Source of the DNA: Stegostoma tigrinum
Taxonomy: Eukaryota
Direction: 5' to 3'
DNA: 64,000 nt
NCBI RefSeq assembly: GCF_030684315.1
Contig: NC_081387.1
Coordinates: 1,778,497 to 1,842,496, forward strand
A program made the translations under genes and the position numbers. This document shows, piece after piece, positions 25,250-37,044 of this stretch. Every line of letters begins with the position of its first letter. Positions within the stretch are counted from its first letter, which is position 1. The notes below the pieces were generated by a model. That model saw only the letters and a program-made list of their open reading frames with translations. It did no database searches and was not told the origin of the DNA.

Positions 25250-25807
25250 CTGAGATCAAAAGTACTTTGGAATAACAGCTCCCCTGTGTGAGCACTGGTG
25301 GGCAAACAACAGTCAACTCTCAATGCAACAGAAGCAAGTGACCCGGCTTCACATCCACGTGGTAATGACAGCGTCTGATGAGAGAGGAGGAGGAGGAGCA
25401 GGTAAAACAAGATTTGCATGTCACACTGGAAGGATTTGACTCTGTTTGCGTTCACTGATCTTCCAGGGGGTCCGATAACTGTTCAAAGGTTTTACTGACA
25501 CGGTTCCTTGTAGTCATGAATTCATGGACGGGGAGATACGTGAGCCACGTGAAAGTCTTGTTGCTCACCTCACATGTGGAAGGATTCTCTGAATCTGCCA
25601 GTGTTCCGAGCGGGTCCGAGAATTCAGGAGAATGTTATCATAAATGTCTTCCTTAAATCATTGGCCCCCTTTGTGGATCCTCTGATGGATTGAGGCTTTA
25701 ACAAGTTGGTGAAGGCTTTCTCACACAGCTCCCGCCGGAACAGCTTCTCCAAAGTATGTCAGTGTTTCATGAGTATTGATGTCTGTGTGCAGGCTCAGTC
25801 ACACACC
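25250..25807 (-). pseudogene. Decayed finger repeats downstream of the ZNF-B stop
   Basis: Out-of-frame KPFKCEVCD*, CEKAFT.LL and F.CEV-like remnants continue past the stop. Confidence 0.7.
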
Positions 25808-26671
25808 TCACATTTGAAAGGCTTTTCCCGTGTGAATGTGCCGGTGATTTAACAGGCCTGATAACTGTGCAAAGCCTTTATTACACACTTCACATGTGAA
25901 AGCTTTCTCTCCTGTGTGAAGGCGAAGGTGTTCACGGAGAATAGAGGATCGTGAAAATGACTTGTCACACTCTGTACATCTGAATGGTTTCTCTCCAGTG
26001 TGAGTGCGTTTGTGTGTGTGAAAGTGAGATGAACGTGAGAAAGACTTGTCACAAACCTCACATTTGAATGGTTTCTCCCCAGTGTGAATGCGTCGGTGCT
26101 GTATAAGTGTTGATGACTGCGTGAAGGCTCGGTCACAAATCTCACACTTGAAGGGCTTCTCCCCTGTATGTATCCTCTGGTGTGTCAGGAGATCTGACAA
26201 TTGGACAAAAGATATCTCACAAATCTCACATTTGAAGGGTTTGTCCTCTGTGTGAATCCTCTGGTGTGTGAGAAGCCTTGTAGACGTTGCGAAAGCCTTT
26301 TTGCAAACATCACACTTGAAGTGTTTCTGCCCTGTGTGAACTGCCTGATGGACCAGGAGGTTTGATGACTGTGTGAAGGATTTGTCACACACTTCACAGG
26401 TGTACAGTTTCTCCCCTGTGTGAATGCGCTGGTGAGCGCGCAGTATCGATGACTGTGAAAATGATTTGTCACACACCTCACATGAGAACGGTTTCTCCCC
26501 TGTGTGGATGCGTTGGTGTGCACGGAGGTTTGAAAAATGTGAGAATGGTTTGTCACACACCGCACACATGAACGGCTTCTCCCCTGTGTGACTGCGTTGG
26601 TGAAGGCTGAAGTGGGATGAGCGTGAGAATGATTTGTCACACACTTCACATTTGAATGGTTTCTTTTCCAT
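25808..26671 (-). CDS. Tandem C2H2 zinc-finger protein, 10 fingers (ZNF-B)
   Basis: ATG in strong context (aagATGG), MEKKPF start, 10 intact fingers. Predicted intron 30834-27145 links it to cassette copy 4. Confidence 0.92.
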   Translation of the reverse strand: MEKKPFKCEVCDKSFSRSSHFSLHQRSHTGEKPFMCAVCDKPFSHFSNLRAHQRIHTGEKPFSCEVCDKSFSQSSILRAHQRIHTGEKLYTCEVCDKSFTQSSNLLVHQAVHTGQKHFKCDVCKKAFATSTRLLTHQRIHTEDKPFKCEICEISFVQLSDLLTHQRIHTGEKPFKCEICDRAFTQSSTLIQHRRIHTGEKPFKCEVCDKSFSRSSHFHTHKRTHTGEKPFRCTECDKSFSRSSILREHLRLHTGEKAFTCEVCNKGFAQLSGLLNHRHIHTGKAFQM

Positions 26672-27910
26672 CTTGCTTCTTGAGTTTACAGTAGATGCGA
26701 AAGATGTGCCTTGTTTGTTGGGAAATCTTACGAGACTGTGCAGTCCTCCTCTGCATCACCTGAACAGCCTCTCACCTGTTAAAAAAGTCAGTAGTTCATG
26801 AGGCTCAATGAATGATTGAACCTCTTGCCACACTACGAACACAGTCATACTTCTTCCCAGCCTCACCCTGACTGGTCACTTACAGCCGAATCTACAGAAA
26901 GGCTGGTTCTGATGGAAGGCTCCACAACACTGACCAGTTTCAGATCTGATGATTAGTCAGAGCACCCGCGACCCAACCGATTTCCAGGATGATGGTTTTA
27001 CTGCCCGACCTTCTGTCGTGAGCAATGCTGTGAACAGACTGGATATCTTCCTACGGTCTTGCAGTTGCTCCTTGGATGATGGTCTGTATCCAGCTGCAGT
27101 GTTTCTCCTCTCTGCATTCTCTGATGTCGTACAGTGCAATTCTTCTGTAAAACAGGAAAAGGAAACATGATTTTCTCCAACTTCCTATCCTCCTTTGCTG
27201 AAGGGGTTGACTCCTCAGTTAGAGGCTGTTCCACAGCGAATTCCGGTCTCCTATTTCCTGTGTGGGGAGATGGGGGGAATTCATATGTAATTCCTCTTTT
27301 TTTCCTCATTGTCACAATGCTGTTTCCAACAGGGACACTGGATACTGACCAGGACCAGACAATATGGCTACTTTCTTTTGTCCGCCCAGACCCCATCTTC
27401 CCAGACAAGATGAGCACAATGATTTAGGTGGAACATCAAAAAAGCCATCTATTTGCTGTGAGCTTGCATCACTGAATCGTACCAATCTGGAAACACCTGA
27501 GACTCCTCTGCCACCATCCCTGGGAATGTCGCATCCCACTGGCATGTGGGAAGTCCTTAGTGTTGACTGCATGGTGTTTCATGCCTTCAGGTCAAATAAG
27601 TTCAAGAAAAATTACCACTCCCTTCCCATTTTAATGAGTACTTCACCGTGTTCATTATCACCAGGGAAGCAGATTGAGGACAGATCCCCAAGCTGGGGGT
27701 CGATGAGATGTATTGATACATCAGCAGCAGCAGGATTGTATTCCACTACAATGTAAACAGCCTGCTACGGTCTCATTCCATGATTATCATCAGACTACTG
27801 GATGGACATCAGCAGTGATCTTATTGATGGCAGGGTAGGATTGGGAGACCAAATGAACTACTTCTGATCTTAAGACATGTATGTTCATAGCAGAACACAT
27901 TGCATTGTTG

Positions 27911-28099
27911 ATGACAAAGTGTGAAGCTGGATGAACACAACAGGCCAAGCAGCATCTCAGGAGCACCTGGATGAACACAGCAGGCCAAGCAGCATCAGAG
28001 GAGCACAAAAAAATGCTGCTTGGCCTGCTATGTTCATCCAGCTCCACACTTTGTTATCTTGGATTCTCCAGCATCTGCAGTTCCTGTATTATCTCTGAT
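27911..28099. mobile_element. Penelope-derived mini fold-back insertion (two tandem arms plus one inverted)
   Basis: 15-bp TSD cacattgcattgttg at 27896-27910 and 28100-28114; same terminus as family A. Confidence 0.9.
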
Positions 28100-28554
28100 C
28101 ACATTGCATTGTTGGACTGGTTCCTGTAAAGACAATAATGCTGCAGATGGCACAACATTAAAGTATACCTAGCATAGATGACTGTTATGTGAGAAATTGA
28201 AAAGGGTTTTGTTTTCTTGTAAAAAGTGCTGCAAAGCACATTTACTCAATGTTAATTTTCAAGTCCAGTGACTCCTCAGACAAAGGTCAGTTCTGATGAG
28301 GAATCACAGGGCTCAATATTAGCTCTCTTATTCTCTTCATGGATGCTGTCAGACCTGCTGAGTTTCTCCATCATTTTCTATTTTTGTTTGCTTCAGATCT
28401 CCAGCATCTATAGTTGTTTATTTTACTTTTTACTGTTGGGTCAATGTTGATTTTAGTTTGTTTTTTTAAAGAATAAAAGCCTTAGAATGGGAAATTACAT
28501 AGTACAATTACTCTTCAGTGATCACTGGGAAGAAGGATCTCTTTTAAATATTAA

Positions 28555-30120
28555 ACAAAAACAGAAATTGCTAGAAAAGCTCAGCAGGTCTGGCAGCACC
28601 TGTGAGGAGAAATCAAAGTTAACATTTTGAGTCCACAGTCCCTTCCTGAGAACTGATAGTCACGAGGAAATGTTGGTTTTTATGCAGAAGGTAGTGTGGA
28701 GGGACAGGATAAGTAGTATATTACAGGTGGAGATACAGCCCAAAGAGACAGCAGAACAGTTGGGCAGACAAAGGAGTGGTAACAATCAGCCTAGGAAAAT
28801 GAACAGCTACCATAGAACATAGAACAATACTTCGATGTTGCGCCGACCTGTGAACTAATCTAAGCCCCTCCCCCTACACTATCCCATCATTATCCATGAT
28901 GGGAACAATTAGTGGCTAACAATGTCTGCAGTAGCAGACCATGTGATAACAAGGCCGAGTGAGTGGGAGTTGGGGTAACGAATTGGGAGGAGGCGTCTTA
29001 TGCTCTAAAATTGTTGAACTCAATATTGAGCCTACAAGGCAGCAGGGTTCCCAAGTGGAAAATGAGGTGCTGAGCTTCACTGGAGCATGACCGTAAGCTT
29101 GAGACAGAGTTGTTGGCCAGGTAACAAGGTTCTGTATTGAAGTGGCAGGCAATTGGAAGCTCAGGGCCTTTTTTTGTGGATAGAACAGAGGTGTTCTGCA
29201 AAGTATTCGCCCAGAATACACTTCAAATCCCCAATATAGATGAGACTACATTGTGAGCAACAAATACAGTAAACTAGATTGGGTCAATTGCAGGCAAACT
29301 TCTGCTTCCCCTGGAAATTGTGTTTGGCTCCTTGGAGAGTGAGAAGGGAGGAAGTAAATGGGCAGGTGTTATACTTCTGTGGCTGCAAGGGAAGGTGCCA
29401 TGGTACTGGGGATTTGTTGGGAGTGAAAGAGGATTAGATCAGGGTGTCTCAGAGGAAATAGTCCTTGCGGAAGACTGACAGGGGAAGAGAGAGGAATGTA
29501 CGTCTAGTGGTGGCATCGCACTGGAAGCAGTGGAAATAGCAGATAACAATCCTTTGGATCTGGTTGCTGGAAGAATGATAGGTGAGGACAAAGGGTCCTT
29601 ATCACTGTTGTGGGAGGGAAGATAGAGGTTGAGGCTGAAGTGAGGGCCCGTCTGATCGGTCTGTCTGGCAGCCCTGTCAACTAGTGCTGGAGAATCGTCA
29701 GTTGAGGAAGAAGGTGGACATTTTGGAGGCCACTTTGTCGAAGTTGGCATCATCAGAACAGATGTAACGGAGACAGATGAATTGGGAGAATGGAATACAG
29801 TTTTTACAGGAATCAGGGTATGAGAATGTACCAAAGTAATTGTGAGTATCGATTGATTTGCAGTGGATATTGGTGGCCAGCCTATCCCTAGAAATGGGGT
29901 TATTGAGGAAGGGAAGAGAGAACTCGGAGATGGACCAGGTAGAGATATCATTGGAATGGCAATTGGAATCAAATTGATAAACTTTTCCAATTGTGGACAA
30001 GAGTGGGAAACAGCACCAATGATACCATTGATTTACCAGAGAAAGAGTTGTGGGTGGGAGCTGGAACAGGACTGGAACTGTAATCCACAAAGAGACAGGC
30101 ATAACTGGGGCCCATGCAGG
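28555..30120 (-). mobile_element. Penelope-like retroelement (family B), decayed
   Basis: Colinear with 4325-7625 (LPFL, CIPFSQFICLRYICSD, YIG, HLIFHLGTL). Short CR1-tail insert at ~28812-28897. Confidence 0.9.
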
Positions 30121-30464
30121 TAATTGTATCTTTTATCGTATCTTTTTAAGAGCTTTTCAGTTTCTATGGAATCTGAGGAATCTCGCAAAAACACCATTAA
30201 AAAGGTGTATATCCAAAATATAACACTGAAATTGTGGGATTGTACTGTGCACAGCTTTACTGCCAAGTTACCTACACAGAAATAGTATCCACACTTACCA
30301 AAAAAAACTCATTACCTGTAAAAAGCATTGTGACATCTGGTGATGATTAGAAGTTCTATATAAATGTTTTATTATCTCAAGCGAGATGGGGTGGAGGTCT
30401 TGAAGCAATTTAAAAAAGGAAACATCCAGATCCGAACACACCCAGAGAACTAACCATTTCCAGT

Positions 30465-31465
30465 CCAGACGATAATAACCAGCTCCCAACACACACAAAA
30501 CTCCACAAGAGGAAATGACGAACAACCCTCAGACAGTCGGCACGTTCCAGATAGTTACACCTCAGCTTCTCATATTCAGGAATAAGCCATTAACAAAACT
30601 CAGGCTGGAAACCAGGAGGGAAATGTTTCCAATAAACACACTCAATATCCAACACACAGCTCCAGTCAAACAGTTCAGCACAAAGCACCGAGTAAACAGC
30701 TCTCTCAGCTGGATCTTCTCACACAGCATAAGGGACATTTCCACCCCTGATTGTCCACAGGACAGTCAGACTGCCTGAAGACTGGTGTGGATATTATGGG
30801 ATACAATTTGTATAAAAGCTGCTCCTTCACTCACCATCTCCTCACTTGGTTTTCAGTCCCTGTAGGAAGTGAACCAGCTCTGGAAGAGAAAGAAGGGGAA
30901 GTCGAGAAGCGCGAGCCCAGAATGGCTTGGCGCTTATGAGTTATGGTATTAAACTGTTAACAGCGTTTCTCGTTTTTCTATTTTTTCGTAAGAATGACTC
31001 CAATTTTTTTTAGCTTTGTTTTCATTGCTTTTCTGCTTTGTATCTTAGATTCTGAACCCCCTTACGATTCAACCTTAGAGGGCATGGTGGGTGGCAACTT
31101 GCAAACTTTAACATGTGACAATAAAACTCATTCCAAATTAATTAAAAGGCTATAATGGTTAGAGTGGGTGGGCTTGTGATTGACGTCTCTCACAACCAAT
31201 CCAAATATTTATGGAGCAACATGAGCTTCCTAAACTGGGAAACTGATAGGTGAAATGGAAGTCAGTTTGATTTAAAGGTAGGATTTAAAGTTGTCATTGA
31301 CCCATCTGAATAAACCCCCACTGATTGCTTTCTCAGTTCCCTTCGTGAATGTTTGACATAGATTTTCTGTATGGGAAGAGCATTCTTCAAGCCTGGGAGG
31401 TTTTCAAACTGACAATCGATGTGTGAGATGTGTGGCCATGGATGTAATTAACAGCAGATCAGAAG
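30465..31465 (-). promoter_or_regulatory. ZNF promoter/exon-1 cassette, copy 4; likely first exon of ZNF-B
   Basis: 30661-30888 differs from 231-458 at only 3 positions. ATG at 30835-30837 followed by GTGAGT; ~255-bp insertion at ~30897-31152. Confidence 0.65.
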
Positions 31466-32353
31466 ATTAATTGCCAACAACATCAGTGTTTTCTGCAAAT
31501 TATCACTTTGAAGAGAAAGGGTGATTGGAAATAGAATGGAATTGAAAGTATGGAAGGTGAACAGATTTTTTTTAGAAAGATGACAGAATCAGGTTCAAAA
31601 TGCAGAATACCTGAAGAGAGGGAACTGTGAACAACCTTGGTGAACATCGGGACCAGGAAGGGATGTTGAATGATCAGTTTAGTGAGAATCAGCTCGAAGG
31701 AACAGGAGATTGGTCTCATGGACACAATGAGCTCAGGGAGATAATGAGGGGAGATAGGAGACGAAGGTGAGCGTTCAGGGTTAGGCCAGTGGAGTGAAGA
31801 TTTCCCAGGTGGATTGGTGGCAGAAAGGGAAATGGTCTGAACAGAGAGGCCAATTACAAGGGAGCAGCGATTTAAAATCAGTGATGAAAGCATTAGAGGG
31901 CTGAGGGGTATATATTTTTCTCCGAGAAGGTGGTGAGGAATTGGAACTCATTTCAGAAATCATCATCACTCTGTTTAAAAAAGAGACTTGGATACAAGCT
32001 TGAACAAATAGCTTGTGCACATTTAAAATAAAATTGAAATAACTTTACAACATTCACACTGTCCAGCAACCACACACCTGGGAAATTACATAGTAGATTA
32101 CATTCAGAGTCAATCTCTATCTATACTGCCCCTGGCCTGTAGGATTAAACCAGGTCATTCTCACACCTGGAACAGGAACAAGACTCACTTACCGAAGCTA
32201 TTCAGAAGTTCCTATGTAACTGACCTTGATAGCATTGGATGTCATGTTTGAAGCAAGACCACTGCAAATTGGAGAGGGCAACTACCAGACGAGTGATGGG
32301 CGAACATACTGTAGCTCAGTCTCACTGAGGAATAACACAGATTTTCAGACAGT

Positions 32354-34050
32354 GATCAGAGATAATGGGAACTGCAGATGCTGGAGAATCCGACTTAACA
32401 AAGTGCAGAGCTCGATGAACACAGCAGGTCGAGCAGCATCTGAGGAGCACAAGAGCTGACGTTTTGGGCCTAGATTCTTCGTCAGAAAAGGGGCATGGGG
32501 AGAGGGTTCTGAAATAAATAGGGAGAGATGGGGAGGCGGACTGAAGATGGATAGAGGAGAAGATAGGTGGAGAGGAGAGTATAGGTGGGGAGGTAGGGAG
32601 GGGATAGGTCAGTCTGGGAAGGACGGACAGGTCAAGGGGGCGGGATGAGGTTAGTAGGTAGAAAATGGAGGTGCGGCTTGAGGTGGGAGGAGGGGATAGG
32701 TGAGAGGAAGAGCAGGTTAGGGAGGTGGGGACGAGCTGGGCTGCTTTTGGGATGCAGTGAGGGGAGGGGACAAGCTGGGCTGGTTTTGTGATGCAGTGGA
32801 GGGAGGGGAGATTTTGAAGCTTGTGGAGTCCACATTGATACCATTGGCATGCAGGGCTCCCAAGTGGAATATGAGTTGCTGTTCCTGCAACCTTCGGGTG
32901 GCATCATTATGGCACTGCAGGAGGCACAGGATGGACATGTCATCTGAGGAATGCGGGAGTTAAAATGGTTCACGACTGGGTAGTGCAGTTGTTTATTGCG
33001 AACTGAGCGTAGGTGTTCTGCAAATTGTTCCCAAGCCTCCGCTTTGTTTCCCCAATGTAGAGGAAGCCGCAACGAGTACAGCAGATGCAGTATACTACAT
33101 TGTCAGATGTGCAGATGAACATCCACTTGATGTGGAAAGTCATCTTGGGGCCTGGGATGGGGGTGAGGGAGGAGGTGTGGAGGCAAGTGTCGCACTTCCT
33201 GCGGTTGCAGGGGAAGGTGCCAGGTGTGGTGCGTTTGGAGGGGAGTGTGGAGCGGAAAAGGGCGTCCCGGAGACAGTGGTACCTTCCTCTGCAGCCGCAG
33301 GAAGTGGTACACTTGCCCCCACACCTCCTCCCTCACCCCCATCCCAGGCCCCAGGATGACTTTCCATATCAAGCGGATGTGGTATACTGCATCCGCTGTA
33401 CATGATGTGGCTTCCTCTACGTTGGGGAAACCAAGTGGAGGCTTGGGGACCGCTTTGCAGAACACCTACACTTGGTTCACAATAAACAACTGCACCTCCC
33501 AGTCGCGAACCATTTTAACTCCCCCTCCCATTCCTTAGATGACATGTCCATTCTGGGGCTCCTGCAGTGCCACAATGATGCCACCTGAAGGTTGCAGGAA
33601 CAGCAACTCACATTCCACTTGGGAACCCTGCAGCCCAATGGTATCAACGTGGATTTCACAAGCTTCAAAATCTCTCCTCCCCTCACTGCATCCCAAATCC
33701 AGCCCAGCTCATCCCCGCCTCCCTAACCTGCTCTTCCTCTCACCTATCCCCTCCTCCCACCTCAAGCCGCACTTCCGATGCCTATCTACTAACCTCATGC
33801 CACCCCCTTGACCTGTCCATCCTCCCCAGACTGACCTATCCCCTCCTTACCTCCCCACCTATACTCTCCTCTCCACCTATCTTCTCCTCGATCCATCTTC
33901 GGTCCGCCTCCCACTCTGTCCCTATTTATTTCAGAACCCTCTCCCCATCCCCCTTTCAGATGAAGGTTCTCGGCCCGAAACGTCAGCTTTTGTGCTCCTA
34001 AACTGCTGCTCGACCTGCTGTGTTCAACCAGTTCCACACTTTGTTGTCTC
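32354..34050. mobile_element. Penelope-like element (family A), inverted fold-back, older
   Basis: Arms 32354-~33280 (-) and ~33281-34050 (+), GIY-YIG remnants, 13-bp TSD attttcagacagt at 32341-32353 and 34051-34063. Confidence 0.95.
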
Positions 34051-34539
34051 ATTTTCAGACAGTTGCTGGTTCTTCTGCAGTGTGGCTGTACTTGAGCAAG
34101 TGGGATTTAGGATAGCTGTGTTTTTACTTGATGTGGGAATCCTTTATTAATATCCAGCCTGTAGGTTGTTCCTCTGTCTTAGTCTACCCACTTTGCTCTA
34201 ACAGTCTCACTTCTCCTGACAAATGGACTTTACCACCTTTCACAGCTTCAGGAACCCAGACACAAAGCCAACACTGACACCTGCAGCTCTAACCAGTTTC
34301 CACTTTAAATTGAATCAAACTTTCTGGGTCCCAATTTAGAGAGGGGGGAAAGCATTCACACAGCCTTGGGACAGCATCACGAAGAAGATGAATCTAACAA
34401 AAATGTCATGTTATTTTCAATCATGGGTTAGTTATCCCTGTTGTTTGTGAGTCACACCAGAGACCTGAGCTCTGAATCTGACATGTCACTGTGTGTTGGA
34501 GCAGTGAAGAAAATAAGGCATTCACAACAGTACTCTCCA

Positions 34540-36000
34540 AAAGGAACTTTATTGGCTATGGATGTTCTGGGGTTACAAAAGGTAATGTGAAAAAATAATT
34601 CTTTCTTTCAGTGTTCAGTAATGTTCTGCTTCCTGTGAACTGGTCATGATAAACCCATTGATAGAGAAAGTATCCCAGCCACAGAGACTTTGACCAATAT
34701 ATCGTATATAGGACACTTCCTAGAGGATCCTGAATGTTTCAGTGAATAGGAACACCAGGCTGGCAGATAATGTAGTTTGTTTTAAATTTTAAAAAGTATG
34801 TTCATTACAGATTATAAATCTGTACAGGAAGTTGAGCAAACAACAGATACACAACAACTTAATATTCAGCTTATGCCATACGTTGAATTAATCAAAATAA
34901 CAAAACATTTGAAAATTCTTCAAGATCCTTCTCCCAGCATGAAATGAAACTTGGAAGAGTACAAGATGAACATATTATACCGTTATTATATCGAAGTATG
35001 ATTGCTAAGGAAGCTCACCATATTCAAGACAGTAGTCTTCCCAATCAGGACAGTACAAACTCTATCCATGGTATTAATCAAAACATATGTCACTTGAAGA
35101 GGATTTGTTTATAAATCACCAACTAAAGCAGGATCTGATTCTATCGCACACCCTCTCGGAAAGTTGGCTCACTTTACCAACATACACACCCTCACATCAG
35201 GGAAAACTCTCAGAATACAACAGACACATTTTTTTTGTAAAATACCTGTGCTTTAGGCTTGCTCCCAATTCTGATGGTCAGAAATGACACCAAACTTCAA
35301 TGATACAGGATTGAGATTGGGGGTTCCATCATACAAACAGACCAATGGCCACAGAGAATGATAATATGGGTTCATAGAGCAAACAGTTTCCATTCCTTAC
35401 CCCAGATGAGTCGGACAGGACTTTGTAATTTGCAACTCTCTGTCCTCCATTGACCACAATCCTACTATCGCCTCCAACCTGCTTTAACCATTGTTGATTT
35501 CCACGCATTTTACTCTCTTGTAGTCAGTTTCCTTATTGATTCAGTCTACGAAAGAAAATTTGAGTATATCCAGTGCACAACTGATTTAACCATTCATCCC
35601 ACATCAAGCAGTAGTGATTCTGCTGACCTCTGTCAGAACTGTTTAGTATTCCAGGTCCATCCCAAAGAGAAAAGATAATCCACAACTTCCCCTTCCCAAA
35701 ACCAACTTTGTCTTGTGGAAGTTGTGTTCCAGCTGTGTGGAGTTCTGTTTAGACCCCGTCTAGAGAACTGTGTTCAGTTCTGGGTACCACTCTTCAGGAA
35801 GGATATACTGGTCATGGAAGAAGCAGAATGTAGATTCACCACAAGTGTTCCTGGGGTAAAAAGATTTATTTATGATAACAGGTCACACAGACTGAGATGC
35901 AATCCTTAGAGTGTGGAAAATTAAGGTGTAATCTTAATAGAGGTATTTAAGATGATTTAACAAGCTGATAGCAGCAATTGGAGAGAAAGTATTTGTCTGG
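34540..36000. repeat. Segmental duplicate: 3' flank of ZNF-C, paralogous to 22580-23610
   Basis: Same colinear blocks as 22580-23610, in the same orientation. Confidence 0.85.
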
Positions 36001-36105
36001 CAGGAAGGACAGGGGAGCAGTGTTTAGATCCAGGCTGTGTGGGGGTGATTCCCAATGTCAGTGACCATGTGAATACTTGTCACATTCTTACACTTAAATG
36101 GTTTC

Positions 36106-36981
36106 TCACATATGAATCCTCTGATGCAACAGGAGCTTTGAAGAGCTGGAGAAGGATTTGTTGCACATATCACATAAAAATGGTTTCTCCCCAGTGTGAA
36201 TGCGTTGGTGCACACGGAAACTGGATGACCTTGAGAATGATTTGCTGCACACGTCACATGTGAATGGTTTCTCACCAGTGTGAATGCGCCAGTGACTGAC
36301 CAAGGTTGATGACTGTGCAAATCCCCTGTTACACACCTCACACTTGAACGGTTTCTCTCCAGTGTGCATGCGTTGGTGCACACGGAGGTTCCCCGACTTC
36401 AAAAAACCTTGGTCACACACCTCACACTTGAATGGCTTCTCCCCAGTGTGGATACGTTGATGCTTGAGGAGTAGCGATGATTGTGTGAAGGCTCGCTCGC
36501 ATACCTCACACTTGAAGGGCTTCTCCCCCGTGTGAATCCTCTGGTGTATCAGGAGATCAGAGGAGCAAGTAAAAGATTTTTCACATTCTGTACATTTGAA
36601 TGGTTTCTCCCCTGTGTGAATCCTCTGGTGTATCAGGAGGCTTGTAGACTTCAAAAAGGTTTTATTGCAAACCTCACATTTGAACGGCCTCTCCCCTGTG
36701 TGAATGCGTTGATGTGTGCGGAGATTTGAGGACACTGAGAATGATTTGTGGCACACTTCACATGTGAACGGTTTCTCACCTGTGTGAATGCGCCGGTGTT
36801 TCACGAGAGCTGATGACTGTGTAAAACCCCTGTTACACACCTCACAAGTAAATGGTTTCTCCCCTGTGTGAATGTGTTGGTGATTCACAAGCGTTGATGA
36901 CTGTGTGAATGCGTGGTCACACACTTCACACTTAAATGGCTTCTCTTCCATTTGGCCGTCTTTGTATTTAACTTGGTACAT
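36106..36981 (-). CDS. Tandem C2H2 zinc-finger protein, 10 fingers (ZNF-C)
   Basis: 10 intact fingers. In-frame ATGs at 36981 and 36951 (MEEKPF, homologous to the ZNF-B start). Confidence 0.92.
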   Translation of the reverse strand: MYQVKYKDGQMEEKPFKCEVCDHAFTQSSTLVNHQHIHTGEKPFTCEVCNRGFTQSSALVKHRRIHTGEKPFTCEVCHKSFSVSSNLRTHQRIHTGERPFKCEVCNKTFLKSTSLLIHQRIHTGEKPFKCTECEKSFTCSSDLLIHQRIHTGEKPFKCEVCERAFTQSSLLLKHQRIHTGEKPFKCEVCDQGFLKSGNLRVHQRMHTGEKPFKCEVCNRGFAQSSTLVSHWRIHTGEKPFTCDVCSKSFSRSSSFRVHQRIHTGEKPFLCDMCNKSFSSSSKLLLHQRIHM

Positions 36982-37044
36982 AAGATGCAGCTTGTGGGTC
37001 AGGAGATTGTGTTGAGCTTGTGCAGCCGTCCACACAAACTTGAC

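Noticed and set aside
25849-26649. Alternate-frame ORFs over the ZNFs (VRCVTNHS repeats)
   Set aside because: Expected shadow frames of finger repeats.
27911-28060. Short direct repeats resembling a CRISPR array
   Set aside because: Eukaryotic Penelope termini with a TSD; no unique spacers and no cas genes.
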